This document shows, one piece after another, positions 1 to 10,194 of a stretch of DNA of 64,000 nucleotides. The translations under genes were made by a program, and so were the position numbers. How positions within the stretch are numbered: position 1 is the first letter of the stretch; the number at the start of each line of letters is the position of its first letter. Below the pieces are notes generated by a model. The model was not told where the DNA came from, made no database searches, and worked only from the letters and a program-made list of their open reading frames with translations. Source of the stretch: Gammaproteobacteria bacterium (GTDB lineage: Bacteria; Pseudomonadota; Gammaproteobacteria; JAJDYQ01); contig OY759969.1 in assembly GCA_963662865.1 (NCBI GenBank), positions 1,424,565-1,488,564 on the forward strand. The letters are read 5' to 3'.

Positions 1-557
1 GGGAGCGGCAGGTCAGCGTAGATTTCGCCCAGAAAAAACCAGGAACCTGCCTGTTTATTGAGCAGGTTGGTGTGCTTGCCTATCCAGCCAAGGCCGGCTT
101 TTTCGGCCAGCGGCTTTTCCATGACCGGGGCGCTATCGGCAAATACCCGGTAACCAAAAGCACCGATCCGTTTTTCTATGAATTTCGCAAGCTTCTGTAG
201 TCGGCGGCGCATCAGCTTATGATAATCACGACCCAGGGCATAACGAGAGATATAGGCTTTGTCATGCTGGGAGAGTATGGATTCCATGTCCTGGCAATCT
301 GCGGGCAGGTAATCAAGGCGGACGCTGATAATACGGATCGTATTTTCGATCAGTTTATCCGGTTGAATGCGTTTATCCACGTATCGCGCCATCCAGTCCA
401 TATCGCCATGATGGCCATCTTCGAGCCACTGCATCAGGTGGGCATCACTTTCCGTCAGATCGATATCCGTGATGCCGACCTGCTGAAAGCCAAGCACCCT
501 CCCGAACTGTTTGATTTGCTTTGCGAGCCGTTCCCAATGATGTGGCGCAGAAGACAT
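1..557 (-). CDS. queG: Epoxyqueuosine reductase QueG, N-terminal part (gene continues beyond the window start)
   Basis: Reverse-strand translation starting at the ATG at 555-557 gives MSSAPHHWERLAKQIKQFGRVLGFQQVGITDIDL...YALGRDYHKL...GWIGKHTNLLN, which is a typical QueG N-terminus. It sits divergent from nnr/yjeF, as in E. coli. The plus-strand ORF 219..572 is its antisense shadow. Confidence 0.8.
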   Translation of the reverse strand, partial: MSSAPHHWERLAKQIKQFGRVLGFQQVGITDIDLTESDAHLMQWLEDGHHGDMDWMARYVDKRIQPDKLIENTIRIISVRLDYLPADCQDMESILSQHDKAYISRYALGRDYHKLMRRRLQKLAKFIEKRIGAFGYRVFADSAPVMEKPLAEKAGLGWIGKHTNLLNKQAGSWFFLGEIYADLPL

Positions 558-587
558 AACCCGGGATTGTAACGCTATAATGAGCCA

Positions 588-2060
588 ATGAGCGTAAATC
601 AGAATGTCCTGTATTCAGTTGATCAGGTCAGAGAGCTTGACCGTCTGGCGATAGAAGACACCGGGATTTCCGGATATGAACTAATGTGTCGCGCCGGCCA
701 GGCCGCTTTCGACCAGATACGGCAACGATGGCCGGAAGCCAGGCGGCTTACCGTTTTTTGCGGCGCCGGGAATAATGCCGGTGACGGCTATGTCATTGCC
801 AGACTGGCGCATGAAAATAATATGTCAGTACACGTTTATTATCTTTCCGCCCCTGCGGGGCTGGCAAACGATGCGCAACGAGCCTGGCAGAATGTAGACG
901 AGTCGGGCGTATCCATTGAACAGTTTATCTCCGGCATACGCCTTGATGCCGGCGTGATTGTTGATGCCTTACTGGGCACAGGTATCCGGCACGATCTCAA
1001 AGGGGACTGGCTGACCGCGATCAATTGTATGAATGCCAGCCCCCAGCCAGTGGTTTCAATTGATATACCCTCAGGTATTCACGCGGATACCGGGCAGGTA
1101 ATGGGTGCCGCAGTTCATGCCCGGATGACCATATCGTTCATTGGCATGAAAAAAGGGCTTTTCACAGCCGATGCCCCGGACTATTGCGGCAACGTAGTAT
1201 TCGACGATCTGGGTGTACCGGACAATGTTTACCGGCAGGTTGCCAGTGAGGGGCGTTTACTTTGCGATACGGTTCGGTGCGCCCTGAATCCCCGTCCTAG
1301 AACGGCGCACAAAGGCGACAACGGTCATGTTCTCATCATAGGTGGGAACAGCGGGATGGCCGGTTCCGTCATTCTCGCTGGCCGGGCCGCCCTAAGCTCT
1401 GGTGCCGGGCTGGTCAGCATCGCCACTCGCCCGGAACACATCATTGCCGCAGTAGCCGCCTGCCCCGAGCTAATGGTTCATGGCGTGAATGGAAAGTCGG
1501 ATCTAAAACCACTCCTTGAGAAAGCAACCACCGTGATCATAGGTCCTGGCCTGGGTCAGGATGAATGGGCGTTGTCGCTACTGGGTGCCGTACTGGAAAG
1601 GCATATGCCTACCGTAGTTGATGCGGATGCGTTAAACCTGCTGGCGCGGGAACCCTGTCGTTGCGAAAACCGAGTTTTGACGCCTCACCCGGCGGAAGCG
1701 GGCCGTTTGCTTGGCATATCGACAAAAGAGATAACGGCAGATAGATACGAGGCAGTTAAATTACTCCAGAAAAAGTATGCCGGAATCGTTTTGCTGAAAG
1801 GGGCAGGAACGTTAATTGCTGAACCGGAAATCAGGGTATGTGCCGGCGGCAATCCGGGCATGGCTACCGCCGGTATGGGTGACGTATTGTCGGGAGTTAT
1901 CGCGGCACTGATAGCTCAGGGGCTCACAATGGCTCATGCCGTCGAACTGGGTGTCTGGGTCCACGCCAGCGCGGCCGATATGCAGGCGCGTGCAAGAGGC
2001 GAACGTGGTATGTTGGCTGGCGACTTACTGCCCTCTATACGTCAACTGGTCAATGTCTGA
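588..2060 (+). CDS. nnr: Bifunctional NAD(P)H-hydrate repair enzyme Nnr (YjeF N-terminal epimerase plus C-terminal ADP-dependent dehydratase)
   Basis: The 490-aa product has a YjeF_N motif (FCGAGNNAGDGYV) and a carbohydrate-kinase-like C-terminal domain (GDNGHVLIIGG...GMATAGMGDVLSG). The nnr-tsaE-amiB synteny is conserved. Confidence 0.85.
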   Translation: MSVNQNVLYSVDQVRELDRLAIEDTGISGYELMCRAGQAAFDQIRQRWPEARRLTVFCGAGNNAGDGYVIARLAHENNMSVHVYYLSAPAGLANDAQRAWQNVDESGVSIEQFISGIRLDAGVIVDALLGTGIRHDLKGDWLTAINCMNASPQPVVSIDIPSGIHADTGQVMGAAVHARMTISFIGMKKGLFTADAPDYCGNVVFDDLGVPDNVYRQVASEGRLLCDTVRCALNPRPRTAHKGDNGHVLIIGGNSGMAGSVILAGRAALSSGAGLVSIATRPEHIIAAVAACPELMVHGVNGKSDLKPLLEKATTVIIGPGLGQDEWALSLLGAVLERHMPTVVDADALNLLAREPCRCENRVLTPHPAEAGRLLGISTKEITADRYEAVKLLQKKYAGIVLLKGAGTLIAEPEIRVCAGGNPGMATAGMGDVLSGVIAALIAQGLTMAHAVELGVWVHASAADMQARARGERGMLAGDLLPSIRQLVNV

Positions 2061-2514
2061 AGAATTTATCCGGTATTTACCGGACGAACAGTCAACGGTA
2101 ACATTTGGAGGGCGGTTGTCCCCGCTTGATGGCCTGATCTTCCTGCACGGAGAATTGGGGTCAGGAAAAACAACATTGGTCAGAGGGTTCCTGCGCGCCC
2201 TGGGATATCAGGGGGTCGTTCGAAGCCCGACATATACGCTGGTTGAACCTTATGAACTTTCCAGTCGCCGGATATTTCATCTGGACATTTACCGCCTGAG
2301 CGATCCGATTGAACTCGACTATCTCGGTATCAGAGACGAACAATCGGGAGACAGCACGCTACTGGTGGAGTGGCCTGACCGTGCCTGCAACGCGCTTGGC
2401 ACCCCCAGCGCAGAGATATTCATGGAGTACGACGGCGCGGCACGCAAAGCGACTGTCAGGGGCCTGTCCGAACCGGCAATCTTGATAGTTAAAGCATTTT
2501 CTGTACAAAAATAG
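2053..2514 (+). CDS. tsaE: tRNA threonylcarbamoyladenosine biosynthesis protein TsaE (YjeE)
   Basis: Start MSEEFIRY overlaps the nnr stop (ATGTCTGA). It has a P-loop (GELGSGKTTLVRG) and a YTLVEPYEL...HLDIYRL motif typical of TsaE. Confidence 0.8.
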   Translation: MSEEFIRYLPDEQSTVTFGGRLSPLDGLIFLHGELGSGKTTLVRGFLRALGYQGVVRSPTYTLVEPYELSSRRIFHLDIYRLSDPIELDYLGIRDEQSGDSTLLVEWPDRACNALGTPSAEIFMEYDGAARKATVRGLSEPAILIVKAFSVQK

Positions 2515-2673
2515 TCAGTATTATTAAGTGGTTATCTAATAAATCATATGACCTGTATAACAATATCTTGTATCTATACGTTTTATAAGATTATTTTTAT
2601 TGAAAAAACCCGTTGAAAGCCTTGCATCTCCCGCAAAGTATTGTATATAGACAGATAGCAGGGCAAATTAATA

Positions 2674-3978
2674 ATGAAGAAACTACTTAATTTTCTGTTT
2701 TTTATGTCGCTGATTCATGCCCCCCTTCAGGCATTCGCTGAAAAGGCGGAGGTCAATGGCGTACGTTTGTGGGTCGCCCCCGACAATACCAGAGTCGTCT
2801 TCGATCTAACCCAGCCCGTTGATTACCACCTCTTTACCCTGCAGGACCCAAACCGGATCGTTATCGACCTCAAGAATGCCAACTGGGATGACAAGGCCGG
2901 TCGCCAACTCAGCACCAAAGGTTATGTCCAAGGGTTACGCAGCGCAAACAAGGGACAAGGCTTGCGCCTTGTTCTGGATGCTGATCGCGGGGTAAAACCG
3001 AAAAGCTTTCTGCTCAAACCCAATGATCACTATGGGCATCGGCTGGTCGTTGATTTATACGAAGAATCGCCGGGGCCTGCAAAAGCAGTCAAAACCATAA
3101 AACTTAACAATCATGGGTACCGGGACGTTGTTGTGGCCATTGATGCCGGTCATGGTGGCGAGGACCCGGGCGCAATCGGACGCAAAGGAACTCGGGAAAA
3201 ATATATTACCCTGCAGGTCGCACGTAAATTAGCGGCGGAAATCAATAAGCAACCCGGAATGAAGGCCGTAATGGTACGTGATGGAGATTATTATCTGAAA
3301 TTACGGCAACGGATCAAAAAAGCACGTGAACACCGTGCGGACCTGTTTATTTCATTACATGCGGATGCCTTTCACAGCCCAAACGTAAAGGGTTCTTCCG
3401 TTTACATCCTGTCCGAGCGCGGCGCATCTTCCGAAGCCGCCAAATGGCTGGCAAAGAAAGAAAACCTGTCGGATGAGCTAATGGGTGGCGTTACCCTGGA
3501 TGATAAGGACGATGTGCTGGCGTCCGTGCTGCTTGATCTTTCACAGGCGGCAACTATTGAGGCCAGTGCGGGTATTGCACAGAGTACGCTTAAGGAACTG
3601 AAAACGGTGGGTAAGGTTCACAAGCGACACGTTGAACGGGCGGGCTTTGCGGTTCTCAAGTCACCTGACATTCCCTCCATTCTCGTGGAACTGGCATTTA
3701 TATCCAATCCGACGGAAGAGAAAAAGCTCGGTAGTCGGGACCACCAGCGTAAGATCGCCAGGGCAATTACACGCGGATTAAAACGATACTTTGAACGTCG
3801 GCCGCCGGGTGGTTCCCTGTTTGCCGGAAAGACACACATAATCAAGCGTGGCGATACACTCTCGGTGCTGGCGCAGAAGTACCGGACAACTTCGCAACGG
3901 TTAATGGCGGTGAATGACCTTAAATCAGATAACCTGAAGGTAGGTCAGGTTATCCGTATCCCATATAAAGGCGGTTAG
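2674..3978 (+). CDS. amiB: N-acetylmuramoyl-L-alanine amidase (AmiB/AmiC type) with a C-terminal LysM domain
   Basis: It has a signal peptide, an AMIN-like N-terminus, an Amidase_3 core (VAIDAGHGGEDPGAIG...HADA) and a C-terminal LysM (IIKRGDTLSVLAQKY...GQVIRIP). It lies downstream of nnr-tsaE, as in E. coli yjeF-yjeE-amiB. Confidence 0.8.
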   Translation: MKKLLNFLFFMSLIHAPLQAFAEKAEVNGVRLWVAPDNTRVVFDLTQPVDYHLFTLQDPNRIVIDLKNANWDDKAGRQLSTKGYVQGLRSANKGQGLRLVLDADRGVKPKSFLLKPNDHYGHRLVVDLYEESPGPAKAVKTIKLNNHGYRDVVVAIDAGHGGEDPGAIGRKGTREKYITLQVARKLAAEINKQPGMKAVMVRDGDYYLKLRQRIKKAREHRADLFISLHADAFHSPNVKGSSVYILSERGASSEAAKWLAKKENLSDELMGGVTLDDKDDVLASVLLDLSQAATIEASAGIAQSTLKELKTVGKVHKRHVERAGFAVLKSPDIPSILVELAFISNPTEEKKLGSRDHQRKIARAITRGLKRYFERRPPGGSLFAGKTHIIKRGDTLSVLAQKYRTTSQRLMAVNDLKSDNLKVGQVIRIPYKGG

Positions 3979-4120
3979 GGGTTCAATATGCTTTCTTCAG
4001 CAAGGGGCGGAGAAGAAGAACCTGGCCAGAAAAAAATGGAGTTGGGCATTGCAGAATCAAAATCGAAGTACAAAGCGAGAGATAGCAGCTAACAAGGCAC
4101 TGCATCGAATATCAATTCCG

Positions 4121-4951
4121 CTACGCTTCATTGTCGCCAGTAAGCTTGGTTAATCTGCCTGCCAGTATCTCCATCAGCAATGGATGCTCGCTGGCCAATG
4201 GCGATATTTCAACCTGAAAACCAGAATTATCATCCATGGCTTTCTGACAGATGTCTGCCACATCACCGCCCGGCCCGGCATGGCGACCCGGCAGCAAAAA
4301 CTGCATTATTACGATGGCGCTCGCGGCTCTCGAATCCGCCATTTCCTGCAATCGGTCACTCAGCAATGGTCCGTTGAAATCGTATTTCTTACCCGGGCGA
4401 CGCTCCATAACCGCTTCAGATAACAGCACGTCATCATCCAGCCTTGCCCTGAGCTGTTCTGCCAGATGGTTTCTGACCCTGGTAACGCGCTCCTCCGGTG
4501 AACCATGATCAACCAGCACCAGATTTTGTAACGGCAAGCCCTGCGCCTCAGCGGTCCACACGGCATGCTCATGGAGGATTTGTATCAGGCACGGATCGCC
4601 ATCAGGCAAAGGATAAAGCACATCGCTCATTGAGATTTCAAAGCCGCCATATTCTAGTTGCAATTTTCCAGCCACCTCAGGTACAAAAGATGTAAGCGCC
4701 CGGCTGCACGCAAAAAACAGCGGCAATATTTTGAAATCACGCACACCCGCTTCGAGTTGCCTTTTCAGAAAGTCCGGGAACACATCGGCAGGTATGCCCT
4801 GCAGTTCAGCCGGGTCAATCCGGTCTGCATGCTGTAGGGAAACCGGATAAACTGCTCCACCAACACGGGTTGTCAACTGTTCGGCAAGCGCCCTGAGCCG
4901 CAATGTCGCCGCAGCCCTTTTTGAGCCGTTATCAATCAGTAATATCGCCAA
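4121..4951 (-). CDS. CbiX-family (sirohydrochlorin) chelatase-like protein
   Basis: 276 aa with two CbiX-like halves (MAILLIDNGS...; LVLVDHGSPEE...). The assignment is by motif only. Confidence 0.5.
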   Translation of the reverse strand: MAILLIDNGSKRAAATLRLRALAEQLTTRVGGAVYPVSLQHADRIDPAELQGIPADVFPDFLKRQLEAGVRDFKILPLFFACSRALTSFVPEVAGKLQLEYGGFEISMSDVLYPLPDGDPCLIQILHEHAVWTAEAQGLPLQNLVLVDHGSPEERVTRVRNHLAEQLRARLDDDVLLSEAVMERRPGKKYDFNGPLLSDRLQEMADSRAASAIVIMQFLLPGRHAGPGGDVADICQKAMDDNSGFQVEISPLASEHPLLMEILAGRLTKLTGDNEA

Positions 4952-5123
4952 GCCGATAACCTTTCATGAAATCAATTCCGACATACAATAACGGATATAG
5001 GACCCGTCACCCAAATATCCCGGGCAGATACTCTCAATATCGGATGAAAAACAAAATCGGTAATGGCTTATACTGCCGACCCCGCTTGATGCAGACCACA
5101 AAGAAAGCCGTATTTATTCCCAT

Positions 5124-6230
5124 ATGCTCACCAGGAATCGTTTACTTTATAACCGACCGGGATTTATGCCAGGCCTGCTGGTTTCCCTGCTTGTCGTATT
5201 CTCACCGGTTACGAATGCCAGACAGAAAGGCACGCCGCTTATTGTTGCCGACGCAGTAAAAACCGCGACCATCATCGAGGAAATACCGTTGTCTGGCACC
5301 GTCTCTTCCCCTCGACTTGCCAATATCTCCAGTGAGGTCAGCGGCCTGATCAAGCGGGTTCTTGTCGATGTCGGCAGCCAGGTCAATGGCGGAGATACCC
5401 TGGTAACCCTGAGCACTGACTTGAAAGAGCTTGATCTCAAGGCCGCCCGCGCAGCCACGGCGCAAGCCAGAGAAGAACTTACTGACGCAGAACGTCGGCT
5501 GGCCGACGCCAGACGACTGGCAGAAAAACAAACCATTTCTGACAATGAACGGCAATCACTGGAAACCGAAGTCAAAATCGCCAGGGCATCCGTGCAGCGA
5601 TACAGCGCCGAACAGGCCCTGCAGGAAGCACGCCTGCGGCGTCACAGCATCAAGGCTCCATTTACGGGCCTGATCAGCAAGAAATATGTCGCCAGCGGTG
5701 AATGGGTACAACCTGGCACCCATATCGTACAACTGGTCGCTATCGATAATTTGCGAATTGACTTCCAGATGCCGCAACACATTTATCCGCGCATTAATGA
5801 ATCATCGGAAATCTACATTCATTTCGATGCCTTTCCCGACCGGGAATTGAAAGCCGACATCGAAACGATTGTCCCCTTCAGCGATGACAGTGCGCGAACA
5901 ATGTTGATTCGCGTTACATTAAAAGACAGCGACGTGAAAATAGTCCCGGGCATGTCAGCCAGCGCCGCTCTGCGCATTACCAAAAATACAAGCGGCACCG
6001 TTGTACCACGCGACGCAATACTGAGGTACCCGGACGGCCGCATAACGGCCTGGGTCATCGACAGGAAAGAAGATAAAACCATCGTTACCGAGCGCCATAT
6101 CAAAACCGGCCTGACCTTCAATGGCCAGATCGAAATCCTTGATGGCCTGCAACCCGGAGAACAGGTCGTGATTGAAGGGAACGAGTCGCTGAAAAACAAT
6201 CAGTCAGTACGCATTTCCACAAACCGATAG
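5124..6230 (+). CDS. RND efflux periplasmic adaptor subunit (HlyD/membrane-fusion-protein family)
   Basis: Signal/TM N-terminus, coiled-coil segment and beta-barrel/lipoyl motifs typical of membrane-fusion proteins, immediately upstream of the RND pump. The true start may be the internal Met at about 5166. Confidence 0.8.
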   Translation: MLTRNRLLYNRPGFMPGLLVSLLVVFSPVTNARQKGTPLIVADAVKTATIIEEIPLSGTVSSPRLANISSEVSGLIKRVLVDVGSQVNGGDTLVTLSTDLKELDLKAARAATAQAREELTDAERRLADARRLAEKQTISDNERQSLETEVKIARASVQRYSAEQALQEARLRRHSIKAPFTGLISKKYVASGEWVQPGTHIVQLVAIDNLRIDFQMPQHIYPRINESSEIYIHFDAFPDRELKADIETIVPFSDDSARTMLIRVTLKDSDVKIVPGMSASAALRITKNTSGTVVPRDAILRYPDGRITAWVIDRKEDKTIVTERHIKTGLTFNGQIEILDGLQPGEQVVIEGNESLKNNQSVRISTNR

Positions 6231-6243
6231 CCACTATTCGACG

Positions 6244-9200
6244 ATGCTGGAAACGATTATCAAGCGAGGCATCCTGACAACCGTAGCGACGTCAATACTG
6301 TGCGTCCTTGGCATAGTCGCCGCAACAAAAATACCGGTGCAGATGATCCCTGATCTTGAGGTAAGAACCATATCAATACGAACTAACTGGCCCGGGGCGA
6401 CACCCCAGGATATTGAAAAAGAAATCATCATTGAACAAGAGGAACACCTCCGCAATGTTCCCTCCCTGTCAAGAATGATCTCCACTACGTCTTTTGGTTC
6501 CGCCCGAATACAACTTGAATTCCCATTTGGCATCGATATCAACGATGTGCTGATTGATGTCGGTAATGCGCTGAACCGCGTACCTTCGTATCCTGACAAC
6601 GTAAGGGAGCCCAGGATATTCACCACGTCATTCTCAGACAATGCCTTTATGTTCCTCAGGGTCATGCCCCTGCCGGGCAATCCCCGCAATATTAATATGG
6701 TACCTCTGCAAGAATATGTTAAAGACAATGTGGCATCCAGACTCGAAACCATATCCGGCGTATCCGAAGTTCGGGTTTATGGTGGCGCCGAGCGCCAGAT
6801 CCAGATCCAGATAAACCCGCAACGTCTCGCAGAGCGGCAACTTACCGTTGCCCGTGTTCGTGCCGCGATACGCGCCCGTAACCGGGATATTTCCGGTGGG
6901 GAAATCGAGTCCGGAAAACGCCGCTATCTGCTGCGGACAATTGGACGCTTTCGGGATATTGAAGGCCTGAAACAGCTCATTCTGCAAAGAGAAGGAGATT
7001 CCGTCACCCGGCTTGGCGAAGTGGCCGATATCCGAATAGGCCACTTCACACAAAACCGACTGTCCTACACCGACGGTCAGGCCGTCATCGGCATGTCCGT
7101 CAGGCGTGAAGCCGGATCCAATGTTATAGACATCAAAGAAAACATGTTGTCCCGAATGGGAGACATCAACAAGAACCTGTTAAACCCTGCGGGCATGGTC
7201 ATGCGGCTTGTCGCCGATGATGTCGGCTATGTGCAAGCCTCAATCTTTAATGTCTGGAAAAATCTGGCCATAGGCGCGGTACTGGCCAGCATCATCATGT
7301 TCCTGTTCTTACGTTCAGGCCGGGCAACCCTGGTTGGCGTCATGGGCATACCCATTTGCACGATTGCCGCCTTTCTGGGGCTGATGCTCGCCGGGCGAAC
7401 CATCAATGTCATATCACTGGCCGGCATTGCCTTTGCCATCGGCATGACCCTGGATAACAGCATAGTCGTGCTGGAAAGTATCGAGCTGGCGAGGCGCAAA
7501 GGGGTCAGTCGCATACGCGCAGCGATTGACGGGGTTATGAAAGTCTGGCCCGCCGTGCTGGCATCAACCCTGACCACTATCCTGGTATTTTTCCCGATCA
7601 TATTTATTTCACAAAAGGCCGGCCAGCTATATTCTGACATCGCTATCGCGATTGCGGCATCCATTACCGCCTCTATGCTGGTAGCCATTACCATACTTCC
7701 GGCAGCGACTACGCGCCTGGCACTTGGTACGGACAGTAGAAATTTTGTTTCAAAACCGAATTGGCGGGACAGGATTGTCGGCGCGGTCGAATGGATAATC
7801 AGCGGCAAAGCCAGGCAGATTGGCGTCATCTCAATCGTTATTGCAATCAGCAGTGCCACCATTCTCTTCCTGACCCCTCCCGCAGAATATCTGCCGGAAG
7901 GCGAAGAACCGAAGGCATTTGCAAATCTGAACTCGCCGCCGGGATATAACCTGAAGACCATGGCTGGAATTGGCCTGGAACTACAGAAATATTTCGCGCC
8001 CTACCTCAATGATGACCCCGAAATGTTTGAGCGGGGAGAAACCAAAGTGCCCGCCATGGCCTATTTCAACCTCAGTATTGACGCATCAAAAATCCGCATC
8101 ATTACCCAACCCAAAGACCCCCGTTATATCAAGCCACTGATGGACGCCATCAGAAAGCAGTACGGGCATTATCCGGCCATGCGCAGCTTTGTGTCACGAG
8201 GATCAATCATTACCAGTAACAGTGGCGGTACGCGCAGCATTAACCTGGACATCTCAGGCTCATCGCTGGAAAAAATATTCGATGTAACACAAGCCCTGGA
8301 CAATCAGGCAAAAGAAATATTTGACAATCCCAGGGTTCGAGCGCGCCCCTCCACCCTCACCCTGACACAGCCCATGATTGAAATATACCCGCAATGGGGC
8401 CGGTTAGCAGAGACCGGAATGTCCGGAGGCGATCTTGGCTTTATGGTCTCGGCAATGACAGACGGGGCATTCGTTGACGAATTTTTTCTGGACGACGAGA
8501 AAGTGGACATATACCTATACAACGATAATCAAAATCGTGCCGAGGTCGATCATCTCCGACAGCTATCCGTATATACCCCAACAGGCTCTGTAATACCATT
8601 GTCCTCAATCGCAGAAATTGAGGAAAAGGTTGACACAAACAGTATTCGCAGAGTTGACGGCAGACGAACCGTAACGCTTAATATCATCCCCCCGGACGAT
8701 ATTGCACTGGAAACGGGAGTAAAAATTGTCAGGGAACAGATTGTAAACCACCTTAAAGATGGCGGCGCCATACCCCAGGACATTGATATTAAAATTTCCG
8801 GCGCCGGTAATGAGCTTGACGAAACACGTAAGGCACTGTCTGCTAATTACATTGTCGCGCTGATCATTATCTATCTTCTGCTGGTTGCCATATTTACCCA
8901 TTGGATTTATCCATTGCTGATCATGACCACGATCCCGCTTGGAGTAGCCGGTGGCATCGTCGGTCTGTGGCTGTTTAATTTGATTGGCAGCAACGTCAAT
9001 ATCAGTCAGGCCTTCGATATGATTACCATGCTGGGATTTTTAATTCTCATGGGCACGGTCGTAAACAATCCTATCCTTATCGTTCATCAATCCATGATAA
9101 ATATCCGCGAAGGACTGCCACCCAGGCTTGCAGTACGCAATGCAGTTGAAACCCGGTTACGGCCCATCGCCATGTCAACACTGACAACCATATTTGGCCT

Positions 9201-9378
9201 GGCGCCACTGGTTTTTCTCTCCGGTGAAGGCACTGAGCTGTATCGAGGTGTAGGCATTGTTGTACTGACCGGATTATTAGGCACCGCAATCGTTAGTCTC
9301 ACCTACCTTCCCGCCCTGACACTGCTTTTTTTGGACAGAGCCAATACAAAAAACACGGAATCCGAAAAATTCGAATGA
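6244..9378 (+). CDS. RND family efflux transporter permease (AcrB/AcrD/AcrF-like)
   Basis: 1044 aa with 12 predicted TM segments and two large periplasmic loops. The AcrB-family signature is conserved throughout. It pairs with the upstream adaptor. Confidence 0.9.
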   Translation: MLETIIKRGILTTVATSILCVLGIVAATKIPVQMIPDLEVRTISIRTNWPGATPQDIEKEIIIEQEEHLRNVPSLSRMISTTSFGSARIQLEFPFGIDINDVLIDVGNALNRVPSYPDNVREPRIFTTSFSDNAFMFLRVMPLPGNPRNINMVPLQEYVKDNVASRLETISGVSEVRVYGGAERQIQIQINPQRLAERQLTVARVRAAIRARNRDISGGEIESGKRRYLLRTIGRFRDIEGLKQLILQREGDSVTRLGEVADIRIGHFTQNRLSYTDGQAVIGMSVRREAGSNVIDIKENMLSRMGDINKNLLNPAGMVMRLVADDVGYVQASIFNVWKNLAIGAVLASIIMFLFLRSGRATLVGVMGIPICTIAAFLGLMLAGRTINVISLAGIAFAIGMTLDNSIVVLESIELARRKGVSRIRAAIDGVMKVWPAVLASTLTTILVFFPIIFISQKAGQLYSDIAIAIAASITASMLVAITILPAATTRLALGTDSRNFVSKPNWRDRIVGAVEWIISGKARQIGVISIVIAISSATILFLTPPAEYLPEGEEPKAFANLNSPPGYNLKTMAGIGLELQKYFAPYLNDDPEMFERGETKVPAMAYFNLSIDASKIRIITQPKDPRYIKPLMDAIRKQYGHYPAMRSFVSRGSIITSNSGGTRSINLDISGSSLEKIFDVTQALDNQAKEIFDNPRVRARPSTLTLTQPMIEIYPQWGRLAETGMSGGDLGFMVSAMTDGAFVDEFFLDDEKVDIYLYNDNQNRAEVDHLRQLSVYTPTGSVIPLSSIAEIEEKVDTNSIRRVDGRRTVTLNIIPPDDIALETGVKIVREQIVNHLKDGGAIPQDIDIKISGAGNELDETRKALSANYIVALIIIYLLLVAIFTHWIYPLLIMTTIPLGVAGGIVGLWLFNLIGSNVNISQAFDMITMLGFLILMGTVVNNPILIVHQSMINIREGLPPRLAVRNAVETRLRPIAMSTLTTIFGLAPLVFLSGEGTELYRGVGIVVLTGLLGTAIVSLTYLPALTLLFLDRANTKNTESEKFE

Positions 9379-9400
9379 ACACCAATCAGCGTTATCATAG

Positions 9401-10066
9401 TTGGTTATCGTGTCGTGGCCGTCGCCTCGGTTGAATCAGATGAACAATCATACTGATCGACAAATCACAAACTACATTCTGATTGACTATGAGAATGTGC
9501 AGCCGAAAAGGCTGACCGTACTGCAAAGCTCTCCGAATCAGATGTTCCGAATCATGTTGTTTGTCGGTTCCAGCCAGTCAAAGATTCCGACCGAACTGGC
9601 GTTGTCGATGCAGAGCTTCGGGGACAAAGCCAAATATATCCGGGTCACCGACAGTGGAAAGAACGCCCTCGACTTCTACATTGCCTATTATCTCGGAACT
9701 CTGGTCGAGCGCGACCACGAGGCGTACTTTCACGTCATTTCCAAGGACACCGGCTACGATCCGTTAATCAAATACCTGAAAAGCGAGAAAATTAATGTGG
9801 TGAGACGGAGAGATCTGTTCGACATTCCCTGGCTGTCGTCGATCATTAAAGAGTCGGTGAATGAAAAGATTGATGCAATCGTGAAGAACCTGTCTGGGCG
9901 CGTTTCCTCGCGCCCCCGCAAGGTAAAGACGCTGAAGAACGCCATCAACTCCATGTTCGGCAACAAGATCGATCAAGAAGAGATCGACACTCTCGTAAAG
10001 GGCCTGGAAAAACGGGGATATGTCGTCATCAATAAGGAGAAAAAGGTCACCTACCAGAAAACGTAG
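9401..10066 (+). CDS. NYN (LabA-like PIN-related) domain protein with a ~80-aa C-terminal extension
   Basis: Motifs ILIDYENV, GKNALDFYIAYYLG and VISKDTGYDPLIKYLKSEKINVV match the NYN ribonuclease-like fold (D/N metal site and the SGDsDF-like segment). The start may be the Met at about 9440. Confidence 0.5.
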   Translation: MVIVSWPSPRLNQMNNHTDRQITNYILIDYENVQPKRLTVLQSSPNQMFRIMLFVGSSQSKIPTELALSMQSFGDKAKYIRVTDSGKNALDFYIAYYLGTLVERDHEAYFHVISKDTGYDPLIKYLKSEKINVVRRRDLFDIPWLSSIIKESVNEKIDAIVKNLSGRVSSRPRKVKTLKNAINSMFGNKIDQEEIDTLVKGLEKRGYVVINKEKKVTYQKT

Positions 10067-10194
10067 AAGAACATGACGATCACATCATCCAGATTGAAAC
10101 GGACAACTCCCAAGGGACAGTTCTCCGGCCAAAAGAGCACTCACCATTTATCGCTCAATGAGACATCCATTGCTTCCTGCTAAAATCCCACTCC

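Noticed and set aside
219-572. 117-aa plus-strand ORF at the window start
   Set aside because: It lies entirely antisense to a well-supported QueG N-terminus on the minus strand. It has no recognisable motifs.
5147-7961. Minus-strand ORFs (142, 117, 126, 172, 139, 244 aa) inside the RND adaptor and pump genes
   Set aside because: Antisense to genes with strong family signatures. No motifs.
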